Source: Polyangiales bacterium (GTDB taxonomy: Bacteria; Myxococcota_A; Polyangia; Polyangiales; Ga0077539). From it: a stretch of DNA of 64,000 nucleotides. The position numbers were made by a program, and so were the translations under genes. The notes beneath the pieces were generated by a model that searched no databases, was not told the origin of the DNA, and saw only the letters and a list, made by a program, of their open reading frames with translations. This document shows, piece after piece, positions 30,770-40,015 of this stretch (its first letter is position 1; each line of letters starts with the position of its first letter). The stretch lies in NCBI GenBank assembly GCA_044229975.1, contig JBGARZ010000001.1, forward strand, positions 160,001-224,000. Reading direction: 5' to 3'.

Positions 30770-31243
30770 TCAGTCGGCTTCGGCGAGGAGCGACGAGATG
30801 TTGCTCGCGCGCTCGTCGGACAGGTGCAACCCGGCCTGGAGGAGTTCGAGGAACTCCTGCTCCTCATCGCCCACCTCCCCATCGAAGAGGACGAAGAGGG
30901 TCGCTAGCGCGAAGGCTTCTTCACGCGCCTCGATGTCATCGCCGATGGCCTTGGCGATGGCGCGCACGCGGGCCGGGATGCCTTCGGCCGCGATGCGGAG
31001 GATGAAGCCCTCGACGGTGCGAGCGAGCGCCTGGTTGTCGAGGTGCGTGAAGCCGGGTGTCGCGCGAATCTGCTCGGCGAGTTGATGGCTCTCGTCGGAC
31101 TCGAGCGAGCCATCGACGCAGGCCGCGATGGTCATCACCTCCAGGAGCGCCTCGGACGACCCGGGCGCCGGAGGAACGAGGCTCTCCCGGGGCTTCGCGA
31201 CGCGGGCGGCGTAGTGGTTGTGCTTCTTCTGGAACTTCGGCAT
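30770..31243 (-). CDS. TerB-family protein
   Basis: IAACVDGSLESDE and FDGEVGDEEQEFL duplicated motifs. Confidence 0.8.
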   Translation of the reverse strand: MPKFQKKHNHYAARVAKPRESLVPPAPGSSEALLEVMTIAACVDGSLESDESHQLAEQIRATPGFTHLDNQALARTVEGFILRIAAEGIPARVRAIAKAIGDDIEAREEAFALATLFVLFDGEVGDEEQEFLELLQAGLHLSDERASNISSLLAEAD

Positions 31244-31369
31244 CGGGCGCTCCGGGTTCGCGACCGTTCGGGCGGTCGCTGCGGCACCATAACAGACCTC
31301 TCCCGACGCGCGCGACGCCAACGATCGTGCGTTGCACGCGCCACGCGATGTGCGGTACCCGGTGCGGCC

Positions 31370-32398
31370 GTGATCGCTTCGTCCCACGGTCGGCCCGACG
31401 TGCCTCCCCCGCCGCGGCTGCGCTGGGACGCCCTCACCGGGCGGTGGTGCCTGCTCGCCCCCAACCGGCGCGCGACCCCGCGGGACATGACCAGCCGGGT
31501 CGACCCGCTGCGCGACGCGAGCGCCTGCCCGTTCTGCCCGGGACACGAGGGCGACGCCGACCCGTCCACCGAAGAGCGCCTCGGCGCCGACGGCCGCTGG
31601 GTCGCGCGCGCCATCACCAACCGCTTCCCCATGATGGACCGACGCGGCGTCAGCGAGGTCACCCGGCGCGGACCCTTTCGTGAGCGCGACGCGACCGGCG
31701 AGCACGAGGTCATCGTGGAGACCACCGCCCACGACGCCGACCTGTCCGACCTCGACGCCGCGTCCCTCGCCGTCGTGCTCGACCTGCACCGCTCGCGTCA
31801 CCGCGCCCTCGCGGCGCGCCCCGACGCCGCCGCCGTGCTGCTCTTCAAGAACCGCGGGCCACGGTCTGGCGCGTCGCTCCGTCACCCGCACTCGCAGATC
31901 CTCACGTCACCCATCGTCCCGTCGGCGGTGCGCCGTCGCGACGCCGTCGCCGAGCGCCACTATCGCCGCGAAGGGTCGTCTCTTGTCGGGTGGCTCCTCG
32001 ACGCCGAGCTCGCCGAGCGCGTTCGCATCGTCGACGAGAGCGAGCACTTCGTCGCCCTCTGCCCGTGGGCCTCGGCCCGCTCACTGGAGACATGGGTGGT
32101 CCCGCGCGCTCCCATCGCCCACTTCGGCGCCACGCCCGACGCGCTGCTGCTCCCCTTCGCGACGATGCTCCGCGCCACGCTTCGACGGGTGCGACAGGCT
32201 TCGGGCGACGCCGACTACAACCTGCTCTTGCGCCAGCCCGCGCGCGCCCGGTGGAGCGAACCCTGGGCCCACTGGTTCATGGAGATCCAGGTGCGGCGCG
32301 GCGGCGACGCGGGCTTCGAGCTCTCCAGCGGAACACCCTGCGCCGTCTTCTCTCCCGAAGAGTCGGCGGCCGCGCTGAGGGCGGTGGATGTTCTCTGA
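31370..32398 (+). CDS. galT: Galactose-1-phosphate uridylyltransferase (GalT-like, HIT superfamily)
   Basis: LRWDALTGRW, CPFCPG, NRFP, HEVIVET, GASLRHPHSQ, AGFEL. Confidence 0.85.
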   Translation: MIASSHGRPDVPPPPRLRWDALTGRWCLLAPNRRATPRDMTSRVDPLRDASACPFCPGHEGDADPSTEERLGADGRWVARAITNRFPMMDRRGVSEVTRRGPFRERDATGEHEVIVETTAHDADLSDLDAASLAVVLDLHRSRHRALAARPDAAAVLLFKNRGPRSGASLRHPHSQILTSPIVPSAVRRRDAVAERHYRREGSSLVGWLLDAELAERVRIVDESEHFVALCPWASARSLETWVVPRAPIAHFGATPDALLLPFATMLRATLRRVRQASGDADYNLLLRQPARARWSEPWAHWFMEIQVRRGGDAGFELSSGTPCAVFSPEESAAALRAVDVL

Positions 32399-33578
32399 GC
32401 GCACCGCCTGGATCACCGACCCTTCCCCGCTGAGCGTCGCCATCGCCGCGCGCCGCGCCAGCGCGGCTCCTCTCCTCGACCTCACCGTCTCCAACCCCAC
32501 GCTGGTCGGACTCCCTCCCCTCCCCGACGCCCTCCGCGCGGCGCTCGCCGACCCCGGCGCCGCCGTCTACGACCCCGACCCCGCCGGGCCTCGGGCGGCG
32601 CGCGTCGCCGTCGCGGACTACTACGCCTCGCTCGGTTGCGCCGTCGACCCCGACCGCGTGCGCCTCGCCGCCAGCACCAGCGAAGCCTACGGCTGGCTCT
32701 TCAAGCTGCTCTGCGATCCGGGTGACTCCATCCTCGTCGCGCACCCGAGCTATCCCCTGCTCGATGACCTCGCGCGCCTCGAAGGCGTCGCCCTCGCGGC
32801 CGTCCCCTCGACGTGGTTCGGTCGATGGGAGCTCGACCTCGACGCCCTCGATCGCACCATCACGCCGCGCACCCGCGCGATCACCCTCGTCCATCCCAAC
32901 AACCCGTCGGGCGCCTACGTCACGCGCGAACTCCGTGACGCCGTCGTCGCGCGCTGCCGTCGGCACCAGCTCGCGCTCATCATCGACGAGGTCTTTCTCG
33001 ACTACGCGCACCGCGAAGACCCCGAACGAGCACCGAGCTTCGTGACCTGCGGTGACGTCCTGACGTTCACCTTGAGCGGGCTCAGCAAGGCGCTCGCGCT
33101 CCCGCAGATGAAGCTCGGCTGGGTTCACGTCGGCGGCCCCTCCCCCGACCGCGACGAGGCCCTCCGTCGCCTCGAACACATCGCCGACAGCTACCTCTCG
33201 GTGGGCGCTCCGGTGCTCCGCGCGGCGCCCGTCTGGCTGCGACGCCGCGACCAGCTCCAACGCCCCGTTCGCGAGCGCATCGCGCACAACCTCGGCTCAC
33301 TACGCCGCGCGGTGACCTCCGCGAGCGCGGTGAGCGTGCTGCCCGTGGAGGGCGGCTGGAGCGTGGTGCTGCGCGTCCCCAACACACGCCCCGAGGACGA
33401 GTGGGTGATGGCGTTGCTCGACGCGGGAGTGCTGGTGCAGCCGGGGTACTTCTTCGACCTGCCCGGCGACGGCTATCTGGTGCTGAGTCTGCTGACGGCG
33501 GAGGAGGACTTCGCGGAGGGAGTGGCCCGACTGCTGGCGCGCGTCGAGACCGACGAGGCGACTACTCCAGCTCGTTGA
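32388..33578 (+). CDS. PLP-dependent aminotransferase class I/II
   Basis: DLTVSNPT, STSEAY, PSYPL, HPNNPSG, DEVF, SGLSK..LPQMKLGW. Confidence 0.88.
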   Translation: MFSERTAWITDPSPLSVAIAARRASAAPLLDLTVSNPTLVGLPPLPDALRAALADPGAAVYDPDPAGPRAARVAVADYYASLGCAVDPDRVRLAASTSEAYGWLFKLLCDPGDSILVAHPSYPLLDDLARLEGVALAAVPSTWFGRWELDLDALDRTITPRTRAITLVHPNNPSGAYVTRELRDAVVARCRRHQLALIIDEVFLDYAHREDPERAPSFVTCGDVLTFTLSGLSKALALPQMKLGWVHVGGPSPDRDEALRRLEHIADSYLSVGAPVLRAAPVWLRRRDQLQRPVRERIAHNLGSLRRAVTSASAVSVLPVEGGWSVVLRVPNTRPEDEWVMALLDAGVLVQPGYFFDLPGDGYLVLSLLTAEEDFAEGVARLLARVETDEATTPAR

Positions 33579-34080
33579 CAACGTGCAGGCGCGTGCCCTG
33601 GATCTCGCCCGAGTTCATGACACCCGAGCGCTCGAAGGTGGACAGCACCGTGTCGCCGTCGATGTCGCCGATGGCGCGCGCGGTGAAGCCCGACGACGAA
33701 CCCTCCGTCGCGTACTGGTAGTAGTGCGGGCGGTCGATGACGAAGCCGAGGGAGTTCCACGAGCTGCTGTTCATCCAGAGGGTGACCGACGCGGGGTACT
33801 TGCTCGCGCTGGGGGCAGCCGTCGGGAGCTGCTCGCAGGTGGCGAAGGTCGTCGCGCTCGATCGCTCCTGGGTGTTCTCGTAGTAGGCGAGCTGGAGGCG
33901 GTACATCGAGCTCACCGTGGCCGTCGCCTCGGCGGTCTTTCCGCGCTTCACGTAGCGGCTGAAGGCCGGCACCGCGATGGCCGCGAGCAAACCCATGATG
34001 ACCACCACGATCATCAGCTCGACCAGCGTGAAGCCACGGCGCAACGGACCCCACACACGAGACACGCGCTCGACCTTCAT
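33562..34080 (-). CDS. Type IV pilin (PilA-like)
   Basis: Class III signal RRG/FTLVELMIVVVIMGLLAAIAVP; strong SD aaggagg; C-terminal ARAIGDIDGD. Confidence 0.88.
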   Translation of the reverse strand: MKVERVSRVWGPLRRGFTLVELMIVVVIMGLLAAIAVPAFSRYVKRGKTAEATATVSSMYRLQLAYYENTQERSSATTFATCEQLPTAAPSASKYPASVTLWMNSSSWNSLGFVIDRPHYYQYATEGSSSGFTARAIGDIDGDTVLSTFERSGVMNSGEIQGTRLHVVNELE

Positions 34081-34114
34081 GACGCCTCCTTCACCCACAC
34101 CGACGACACCTCGG

Positions 34115-34134
34115 GTGAGGGCAGCTGCCCTCAC
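34115..34134. promoter_or_regulatory. Perfect 20-bp palindrome upstream of the pilin gene
   Basis: gtgagggcagctgccctcac is its own reverse complement; function unknown. Confidence 0.55.
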
Positions 34135-34183
34135 ACCACCCTGTCGCATTGCCGACGCAACCATCACCACGGGTGACGCGCGG

Positions 34184-34199
34184 AGCACTTCGTATGCCG
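34184..34199 (-). promoter_or_regulatory. Putative sigma-54 (-24/-12) promoter of the pilin gene
   Basis: Minus strand CGGCATACGAAGTGCT matches TGGCACG-N4-TTGCW with exact GG-N10-GC spacing. Confidence 0.55.
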
Positions 34200-34347
34200 C
34201 GCGTACGAATGCCCGATGTCCCGATGGTGGCGCTGCGCAAGGCACAGACTCACTACGCAACCAATAGCAGGGCGGTGACGGAAGACGTCACCTCGTCCGC
34301 GGGTGGTGCGTTGAGGTCCAGCGACCGTTCGCACTACGATGTGCGCC

Positions 34348-35508
34348 ATGACCTCGCTCACGCACCTTTCCCCCGATGAAAAGATGTTCCGTGACGCCGT
34401 GACCGGGTTCGCCCGAGAGCGCGTCGCTCCTCGCGTCGCCTCGATGGACCACCACGGCGCCCTCGATAAAGAACTCCTCCCCGACCTCTTCGACCTCGGT
34501 GTCATGGGCATCGAGATCCCCGATCAGTACGGCGGTTCGGGCTCCAGCTTCTTCAACGCCGCGCTCGCCGTCGAGGCCTTCGCCACCGTCGACCCGAGCG
34601 TCTCGGTGCTCGTCGACGTGCAGAACACCCTGGTCGCCAACGCCGTCATCCGCTGGGCCACCGACGCGCAGAAGGAGAAGTACCTCACGAAGCTCGCGCG
34701 CGAGTGGGTGGGCTCCTACGCGTTGAGCGAAGCGGGCTCCGGCAGCGACGCGTTTGCCCTCGCGACGCGCGCGGAGAAGCGCGGCGACAAGTGGATCCTC
34801 AACGGCCGCAAGCTCTGGATCACCAACGCCAACGAGAGCTCGCTCTTCATCGTGCTCGCCAACGTCGACCCCACCAAGGGGTACAAGGGCATCACGGCCT
34901 TCCTCGTGGAGCGGAGCTTTCCCGGCTTCTCCGTGGGGAAGAAGGAAGACAAGCTCGGCATCCGCGCGTCGTCGACGTGTGAGCTCGTGCTGGAGGACTG
35001 CGAGGTGCCGCTCGACAACGTCCTCGGCGAGGTGGGCAAGGGCTACAAGATCGCCATCGAGACCCTCAACGAGGGCCGCATCGGCATCGGCGCGCAGATG
35101 CTCGGGACGGCCCAGGGAGCCTTCGATTTCGCCATGAAGTACATGCACGAGCGCAAGCAGTTCGGGCAGCTCATCGGCAACTTCCAGGGGATGCAGTTCC
35201 AGTACGCGCGCTGCGCGGTGGACATCGAGAGCGCGCGGTTGATGGTCTACAACGCCGCGCGCCTGAAGGACGCCGGGCTGCCGTTCATCAAGGAGGCGGC
35301 GATGGCCAAACTGCACGCGAGCGAGGTGGCCGAGCGGGTCGCGTCGCAGTGCGTGGAGTTCGTCGGCGGCGTCGGGTTCACCAAGGAGTACCCGTTGGAG
35401 AAGTTCTACCGCGACGCGAAGATCGGGAAGATCTACGAGGGCACGTCCAACATGCAGCTCCAGACCATCGCGAAGCTTCTCCAGTCGGAGTACGGCTTCA
35501 AGGCGTAG
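34348..35508 (+). CDS. Acyl-CoA dehydrogenase (short/branched-chain type)
   Basis: YALSEAGSGSD, NGRKLWITN, KLGIRASST, LNEGRIGI, RKQFG, RDAKIGKIYEGTSN. Confidence 0.93.
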   Translation: MTSLTHLSPDEKMFRDAVTGFARERVAPRVASMDHHGALDKELLPDLFDLGVMGIEIPDQYGGSGSSFFNAALAVEAFATVDPSVSVLVDVQNTLVANAVIRWATDAQKEKYLTKLAREWVGSYALSEAGSGSDAFALATRAEKRGDKWILNGRKLWITNANESSLFIVLANVDPTKGYKGITAFLVERSFPGFSVGKKEDKLGIRASSTCELVLEDCEVPLDNVLGEVGKGYKIAIETLNEGRIGIGAQMLGTAQGAFDFAMKYMHERKQFGQLIGNFQGMQFQYARCAVDIESARLMVYNAARLKDAGLPFIKEAAMAKLHASEVAERVASQCVEFVGGVGFTKEYPLEKFYRDAKIGKIYEGTSNMQLQTIAKLLQSEYGFKA

Positions 35509-36739
35509 TGCCCGCGTCCCCCCGATGGAGGTAGCGCTGCACGTTGCGGCGGTGCGCCTCCAGCGTCGGCGCGAAGGCCGATCGCCCGTCCCCCATCGCT
35601 ACAAAGTACAGGTCGTGATCGTCCGTCGGCGCGAGCGTCGCGGCGAGGGCGCGAGCACCCGGATTCGCGATGGGGCCGGGCGGCAGGCCCTCGTGCGCGT
35701 AGGTGTTGAAGGGGTTGGTGCCGTCGAGCAGCATCGCCCCGGTGATGACGCGGCGGACGCCGGCGTCGCCGTTGGTGCAGGTGGCGAGGGGCGTTCCGCG
35801 GGCGGCCATCGCGACGCAGCCGTAGGTGACGGTGGGGTCGCTCTGGAGGAGGCGCGGGCGAAACTCGGGGAGGCGCAGGCGGTTCCAGAAGACCGAGGCG
35901 ATGTGGGCGCGGTCGTCGGGGGCGCCGGTCTCGCGCTCGACGAGGGAGGCCAGCACGACGAGGGCGCGGTCGGCGGCGTCGAAGGTTCCAGTGGGCCCTG
36001 GTGGTGCGAGCGAGGCCGCGCGCGTGATGCCTTCGGGGTGCTGCTCCTTGAGGGCAGAGAAGCGCTGCGAGAACTCCGTGAGCATGCGATCGACGACGCG
36101 CTCAGGCGGTGAGTCGGGCGGCAGGTCGTAGGTCTCGGGGAAGAGGAAGCCTTCGACGGAGCCGGTGAGTCCGAGGCGCGCGAGCAGGGCCGGGTCTTCG
36201 GTGCGCGCGAGGAAGGCGGCGGCCGCACAGACGCCCGCGGACTCCAGGCGGCGCGCGATGTCGAAGCGGGTGTAGCCCTCCGGGATGGTCACGCGGACGA
36301 GCCCCGCGCTACCGCGGCGCAGCGTGCGGAGGATGGCGTAGGGCGTGAGGTCGTCGCGCAGCGCGATGGTTCCGCGGTGGGTGCTGCCGGCCGCACCGGT
36401 GAACGCCATCACGATGTGGAAGAGCCACGGGTGGTCGATGGCGCCGCCGGTCCAGAGGGCGCGCGTGATGGCGGCCGCGTCGGCGTCGTCGGCGATGGTC
36501 ACGCGGATGGGGCGACCGCGACCGTGGTGGGGCGTCTTGAGGTAGGCGAAGACACCGACGCCCGCGATGGCGGCGAGCACGGCGACGATGCCGAGGGTGA
36601 TCCAGAGCGGGCGGCGCGACGGAGGGCCGCCGCGCGAACGCGAGCGTGACCGGGACGCCCGCGGTTGCGGCGCCTTGCCGGGCGGCTTGGACGACGGCTT
36701 CGTCGGCTTGCTCGCTACGGGTCGGGGTCGTCCTGCCAT
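35498..36739 (-). CDS. mltG: Endolytic transglycosylase MltG
   Basis: N-terminal TM; VTIPEG, EGFLFPETY, LASLVERE, LQSDPT, FNTY...GLPPGPIANPG. Confidence 0.92.
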   Translation of the reverse strand: MAGRPRPVASKPTKPSSKPPGKAPQPRASRSRSRSRGGPPSRRPLWITLGIVAVLAAIAGVGVFAYLKTPHHGRGRPIRVTIADDADAAAITRALWTGGAIDHPWLFHIVMAFTGAAGSTHRGTIALRDDLTPYAILRTLRRGSAGLVRVTIPEGYTRFDIARRLESAGVCAAAAFLARTEDPALLARLGLTGSVEGFLFPETYDLPPDSPPERVVDRMLTEFSQRFSALKEQHPEGITRAASLAPPGPTGTFDAADRALVVLASLVERETGAPDDRAHIASVFWNRLRLPEFRPRLLQSDPTVTYGCVAMAARGTPLATCTNGDAGVRRVITGAMLLDGTNPFNTYAHEGLPPGPIANPGARALAATLAPTDDHDLYFVAMGDGRSAFAPTLEAHRRNVQRYLHRGDAGTTP

Positions 36740-37149
36740 GTGCCTGGTCCCGCCTTCGCGTCGACGTACGCCTGCAACAGGATCGCCGCGGCCTCGGCGT
36801 CGATGCCGTCCCTCCCCTTGCGCCCGAGCGCGATGCGCGCGCGCTGGGCCTGCACCGTGGTCAGCCGCTCGTCCCACATGATGACCGCGACCTTCGTCTT
36901 GCGACCGAGCAGCTCACCGAAGCGCCGCGCCGCGCGGGCCTTCATCCCCTCGCTGCCGTCCATGTTGAGCGGGAGCCCGATGACCAGCTCCTCGGGCGCC
37001 TCGCGCTTCACCACCACCGACACCGCGTTGACCGCCTGCGTCGGCTCCGTCAGCACCACCGTCTCCAACGGCCGCGCCGGAACGCCGTCCTCCTCGTGCA
37101 GCGCCACGCCCACGCGACGGTCGCCGAGGTCGATGCCGAGGCGCTTCAC
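36715..37149 (-). CDS. ruvX: YqgF/RuvX family nuclease (pre-16S rRNA maturation)
   Basis: LGIDLGDRRVGVA, VIGLPLNMDG, WDERLTT, IDAEAAAILLQ. Confidence 0.92.
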   Translation of the reverse strand: MKRLGIDLGDRRVGVALHEEDGVPARPLETVVLTEPTQAVNAVSVVVKREAPEELVIGLPLNMDGSEGMKARAARRFGELLGRKTKVAVIMWDERLTTVQAQRARIALGRKGRDGIDAEAAAILLQAYVDAKAGPGTWQDDPDP

Positions 37150-38042
37150 GCGAGGCCCTCTTCGAAGACGACTGTCCCGTCGCCGCGCAGCGTGACCCGC
37201 GCGCCCTGCACCCACGGGCGATGCACGGTGCCGTGTCCGAAGGGAGCTCCCGCCAGGACGGGCACGCCGAGCGACCCCAATCGCTCGCGCAAGACCTCCT
37301 CGACAGTGACCCCATCGCGGCCGGGCTCACATCGAACGAACCCTCCCGACACCACGCCCACCACACCGTCGAGCGCGCCCGACGAGCGCAGCGTCGTGAG
37401 CATGCGATCGACGCGGTAGGGCGCTTCGCCGACCTCCTCCACGAAGAGCACCCGACCGCGCAGATCGAGCTGCCAGGGTGTCCCCACCAGGGCCGCGAGC
37501 AGCGCGAGGTTGCCGCCCGCCGCGACACCCGTGACAGTGCCCGCCGACCACGCCTGCAACCCCGTCCACGGCGCCGGAACAGCGCCCTCCAGCACCGCGA
37601 CGAGCTCGTCGTCACCGCCGCAGCGACCGAGGCCCAGCACCATGGTCCCGTGCACCGAGCGAACGCCCGCCCGCGACCACACCGCGTGCAGCGCCGTGAT
37701 GTCGCTGAACCCCACCAGGGGCTTCGGATCGTCGCGCAGCGTCGCGACCCAGCGATCCGCGTGTCCATCGAGCAAGCGCGTCGCTCCGTAGCCGCCGCGC
37801 GCCGCAACCACGGCTCGCACGGTGCGATCGGTGATGGCCGTCGTGACGTCCGCCGCCCGCGCGTCATCGGCGCCTGCGAGGAAGCCAGCGCGCTCTCTCG
37901 CTGAGGCACCGACGCTCACCCGGTAGCGCGTCGCGCACCACGCGAGGCCGACGTCGAGCGCGTCAGAGTCGACCGCCCCGCTCGGCGACACCACCGCGAT
38001 GGCGTCACCCGCCTTCAGCGGAGCGAGCGGGGGAAAGGTCAC
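37146..38042 (-). CDS. LD-carboxypeptidase (peptidase S66, LdcA-like)
   Basis: IAVVSPSG, ARGGYG, GFSDITALH, GGNL, EEVGE.PYRVDRML, PFGH. Confidence 0.9.
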   Translation of the reverse strand: MTFPPLAPLKAGDAIAVVSPSGAVDSDALDVGLAWCATRYRVSVGASARERAGFLAGADDARAADVTTAITDRTVRAVVAARGGYGATRLLDGHADRWVATLRDDPKPLVGFSDITALHAVWSRAGVRSVHGTMVLGLGRCGGDDELVAVLEGAVPAPWTGLQAWSAGTVTGVAAGGNLALLAALVGTPWQLDLRGRVLFVEEVGEAPYRVDRMLTTLRSSGALDGVVGVVSGGFVRCEPGRDGVTVEEVLRERLGSLGVPVLAGAPFGHGTVHRPWVQGARVTLRGDGTVVFEEGLA

Positions 38043-38905
38043 GGCTTGACCGGGCGACGACCGTCGGCCGTGAGCAGCACGTCGTAGAGGTCGGCGCGTC
38101 GATCGCGGAAGAAGCCCCAGGCCCCACGCATCCGGCGCGTCTCGGCGAGGTCGAAGGTCGCGATGGCAGCGCCCTCTTCGGTGCGCGACAGCTCGGCCAC
38201 CTTGTCGCCGCGGTGGTTGGCGCAGAACGAACTGCCGTAGAAGACCTGTCCCTCTTCGGTTCCGATGCGGTTGGCGCCGCACACGGGGACGATGTTGGAC
38301 ACGGCGTGGCCGATCATCGCGCGCTGCCACGGGTCGCGGGTGTCGAGCGTCGGGTCGTGCGGCTCGCTCCCGATGGCGGTCGGGTAGAGCAGCAGCTCGG
38401 CGCCCATCAGCATCATCGCGCGGGCGCACTCGGGGTACCACTGGTCCCAGCAGATGCCGACGCCGAGGCTGCCGTGGCGGGTGTTCCAGACCTTGAAGCC
38501 AGTGTCGCCGGGGCGGAAGTAGAACTTCTCCTCGTAGCCCGGACCATCGGGGATGTGGCTCTTGCGGTAGAGGCCCATCACCGTTCCGTCGGCGTCGACC
38601 ATCGCGAGGCTGTTGTAGTAGGCCTGCCCCGCGCGCTCGAAGAACGACACCGGGATCACCACCCCGAGCTCACGCGCCAGGTCGGCGAAGCGGGCGATGG
38701 TGGGGTTGCCCTCGAAGGGCATCGCGCGGAGCAGTTCGCGCTCGTCCTCGACCCGGCAGAAGTACGGCCCCTCGAAGAGCTCGGGCGGAAGGATGACGTT
38801 GGCGCCCTTCGCGGCGGCGGCGCGGACGTGATCGACGACCCGCGCGGTGTTGGTCTCGCGGTCATCACCGAGGGGACATTGGAGTACGGCGACGGTGGTG
38901 TTCAT
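38039..38905 (-). CDS. aguB: N-carbamoylputrescine amidase
   Basis: Nitrilase triad: PELF, YRKSHIPDGPGYEEKFYF, GICWDQWYPE; YPTAIGSEP. Confidence 0.93.
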   Translation of the reverse strand: MNTTVAVLQCPLGDDRETNTARVVDHVRAAAAKGANVILPPELFEGPYFCRVEDERELLRAMPFEGNPTIARFADLARELGVVIPVSFFERAGQAYYNSLAMVDADGTVMGLYRKSHIPDGPGYEEKFYFRPGDTGFKVWNTRHGSLGVGICWDQWYPECARAMMLMGAELLLYPTAIGSEPHDPTLDTRDPWQRAMIGHAVSNIVPVCGANRIGTEEGQVFYGSSFCANHRGDKVAELSRTEEGAAIATFDLAETRRMRGAWGFFRDRRADLYDVLLTADGRRPVKP

Positions 38906-39930
38906 GGGCGTGCCTTCGGCGAGGGCTGCTGCTGCGAGATGCAGTGGAACGCACCGCCGCCCGCGAGGATGGCGAGCGCGTCGACGGCCTCGACCCGGCG
39001 ACCCGGGAAGAGCTTCTCCACGGCCATCAGCGCCGCGTCGTCGTAGGTGGTCTGGTAGGTCGGCACCACCACCGTGCGGTTGCCGATGTAGAAGTTGAGG
39101 TGACTGGCGGGCATCACGCGGCCGTCGTGGTCTTCGACACGGCCCGGCGACGGCACGAACACCAGCTCGATGGGGCGGCCGAGGGCGTCGCGCTGGCCGG
39201 TGAGCTCGTCGCGCAGGCGGTGGAGGATGTCGCGGTTGGGATCATCGCTGCCCGACGGCTCCATGAGCGCGACGACGCCGGGCGCGACGAAGCGTGCGAT
39301 GGTGTCGATGTGGCCGTCGGTGTGGTCGTTGAGGAGGCCGTCGGTGACCCACAGCATCCGCTCGCCACCGAAGGCATCGAGCACCGCGCGGGTGATGGCC
39401 GACTCGTCGAGCCCGGGGTTGCGGTTGGGGTTGAGCAGACACTGTCGCGAGGTGAGCACCGTCCCATCGCCGTCGACCTCGATGCTGCCGCCCTCCAACA
39501 CCAGGTCGTGGCGCACCGTGCGAAGGCCCGCCGCGAGGGCGACGCGACCGCTCACCTCAGCGTCGTGGGGCAGGTCGTACTTGCCACCCCAGCCGTTGAA
39601 GGCGAAGCACGAAGCGACCACCGCGCCGGACGCGTCGTGCATGAAGACGGGCGCCGTGTCGCGCACCCAGATGTCGCCGAAGGGGATGGCGTGGAAGCGC
39701 GCGTCGAGGCCGTCGAGGGCGGTGCGCGCGAGGGCCTCGTTGGCGGGGTCGGGGCAGAGCACGTCGAGGCGCTCGCCGCCGTCGCGGGCGATGGCGCGGG
39801 CGAGTTCGACGAAGGACTCGCGGGCATCGGGGAGCGCCTCCTGCCAGAGGTGTTCGTGGCTCGGCCAGGCGAGCCAGACCGCGTCGTGGTGGGCCCACTC
39901 GGCGGGCTGTCGAAGGAGGTCGGTAGCCAT
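38902..39930 (-). CDS. aguA: Agmatine deiminase
   Basis: PAEW, WVRD, FNGWGGKY, EGGSI, HTDGHID, GGGAFHCISQQ. Confidence 0.93.
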   Translation of the reverse strand: MATDLLRQPAEWAHHDAVWLAWPSHEHLWQEALPDARESFVELARAIARDGGERLDVLCPDPANEALARTALDGLDARFHAIPFGDIWVRDTAPVFMHDASGAVVASCFAFNGWGGKYDLPHDAEVSGRVALAAGLRTVRHDLVLEGGSIEVDGDGTVLTSRQCLLNPNRNPGLDESAITRAVLDAFGGERMLWVTDGLLNDHTDGHIDTIARFVAPGVVALMEPSGSDDPNRDILHRLRDELTGQRDALGRPIELVFVPSPGRVEDHDGRVMPASHLNFYIGNRTVVVPTYQTTYDDAALMAVEKLFPGRRVEAVDALAILAGGGAFHCISQQQPSPKARP

Positions 39931-40015
39931 ATGGGGCGCGGACACTACTACCGCGACGCAGACGGAGCGAGCGTTGGCCCGACCGCAGGCGTTGTGCTCT
40001 CTTTCGCGCCCTCCC

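Noticed and set aside
30770..31243. TerB gene as part of a tellurite-resistance or defence island
   Set aside because: Solitary; no other ter or defence genes adjacent.
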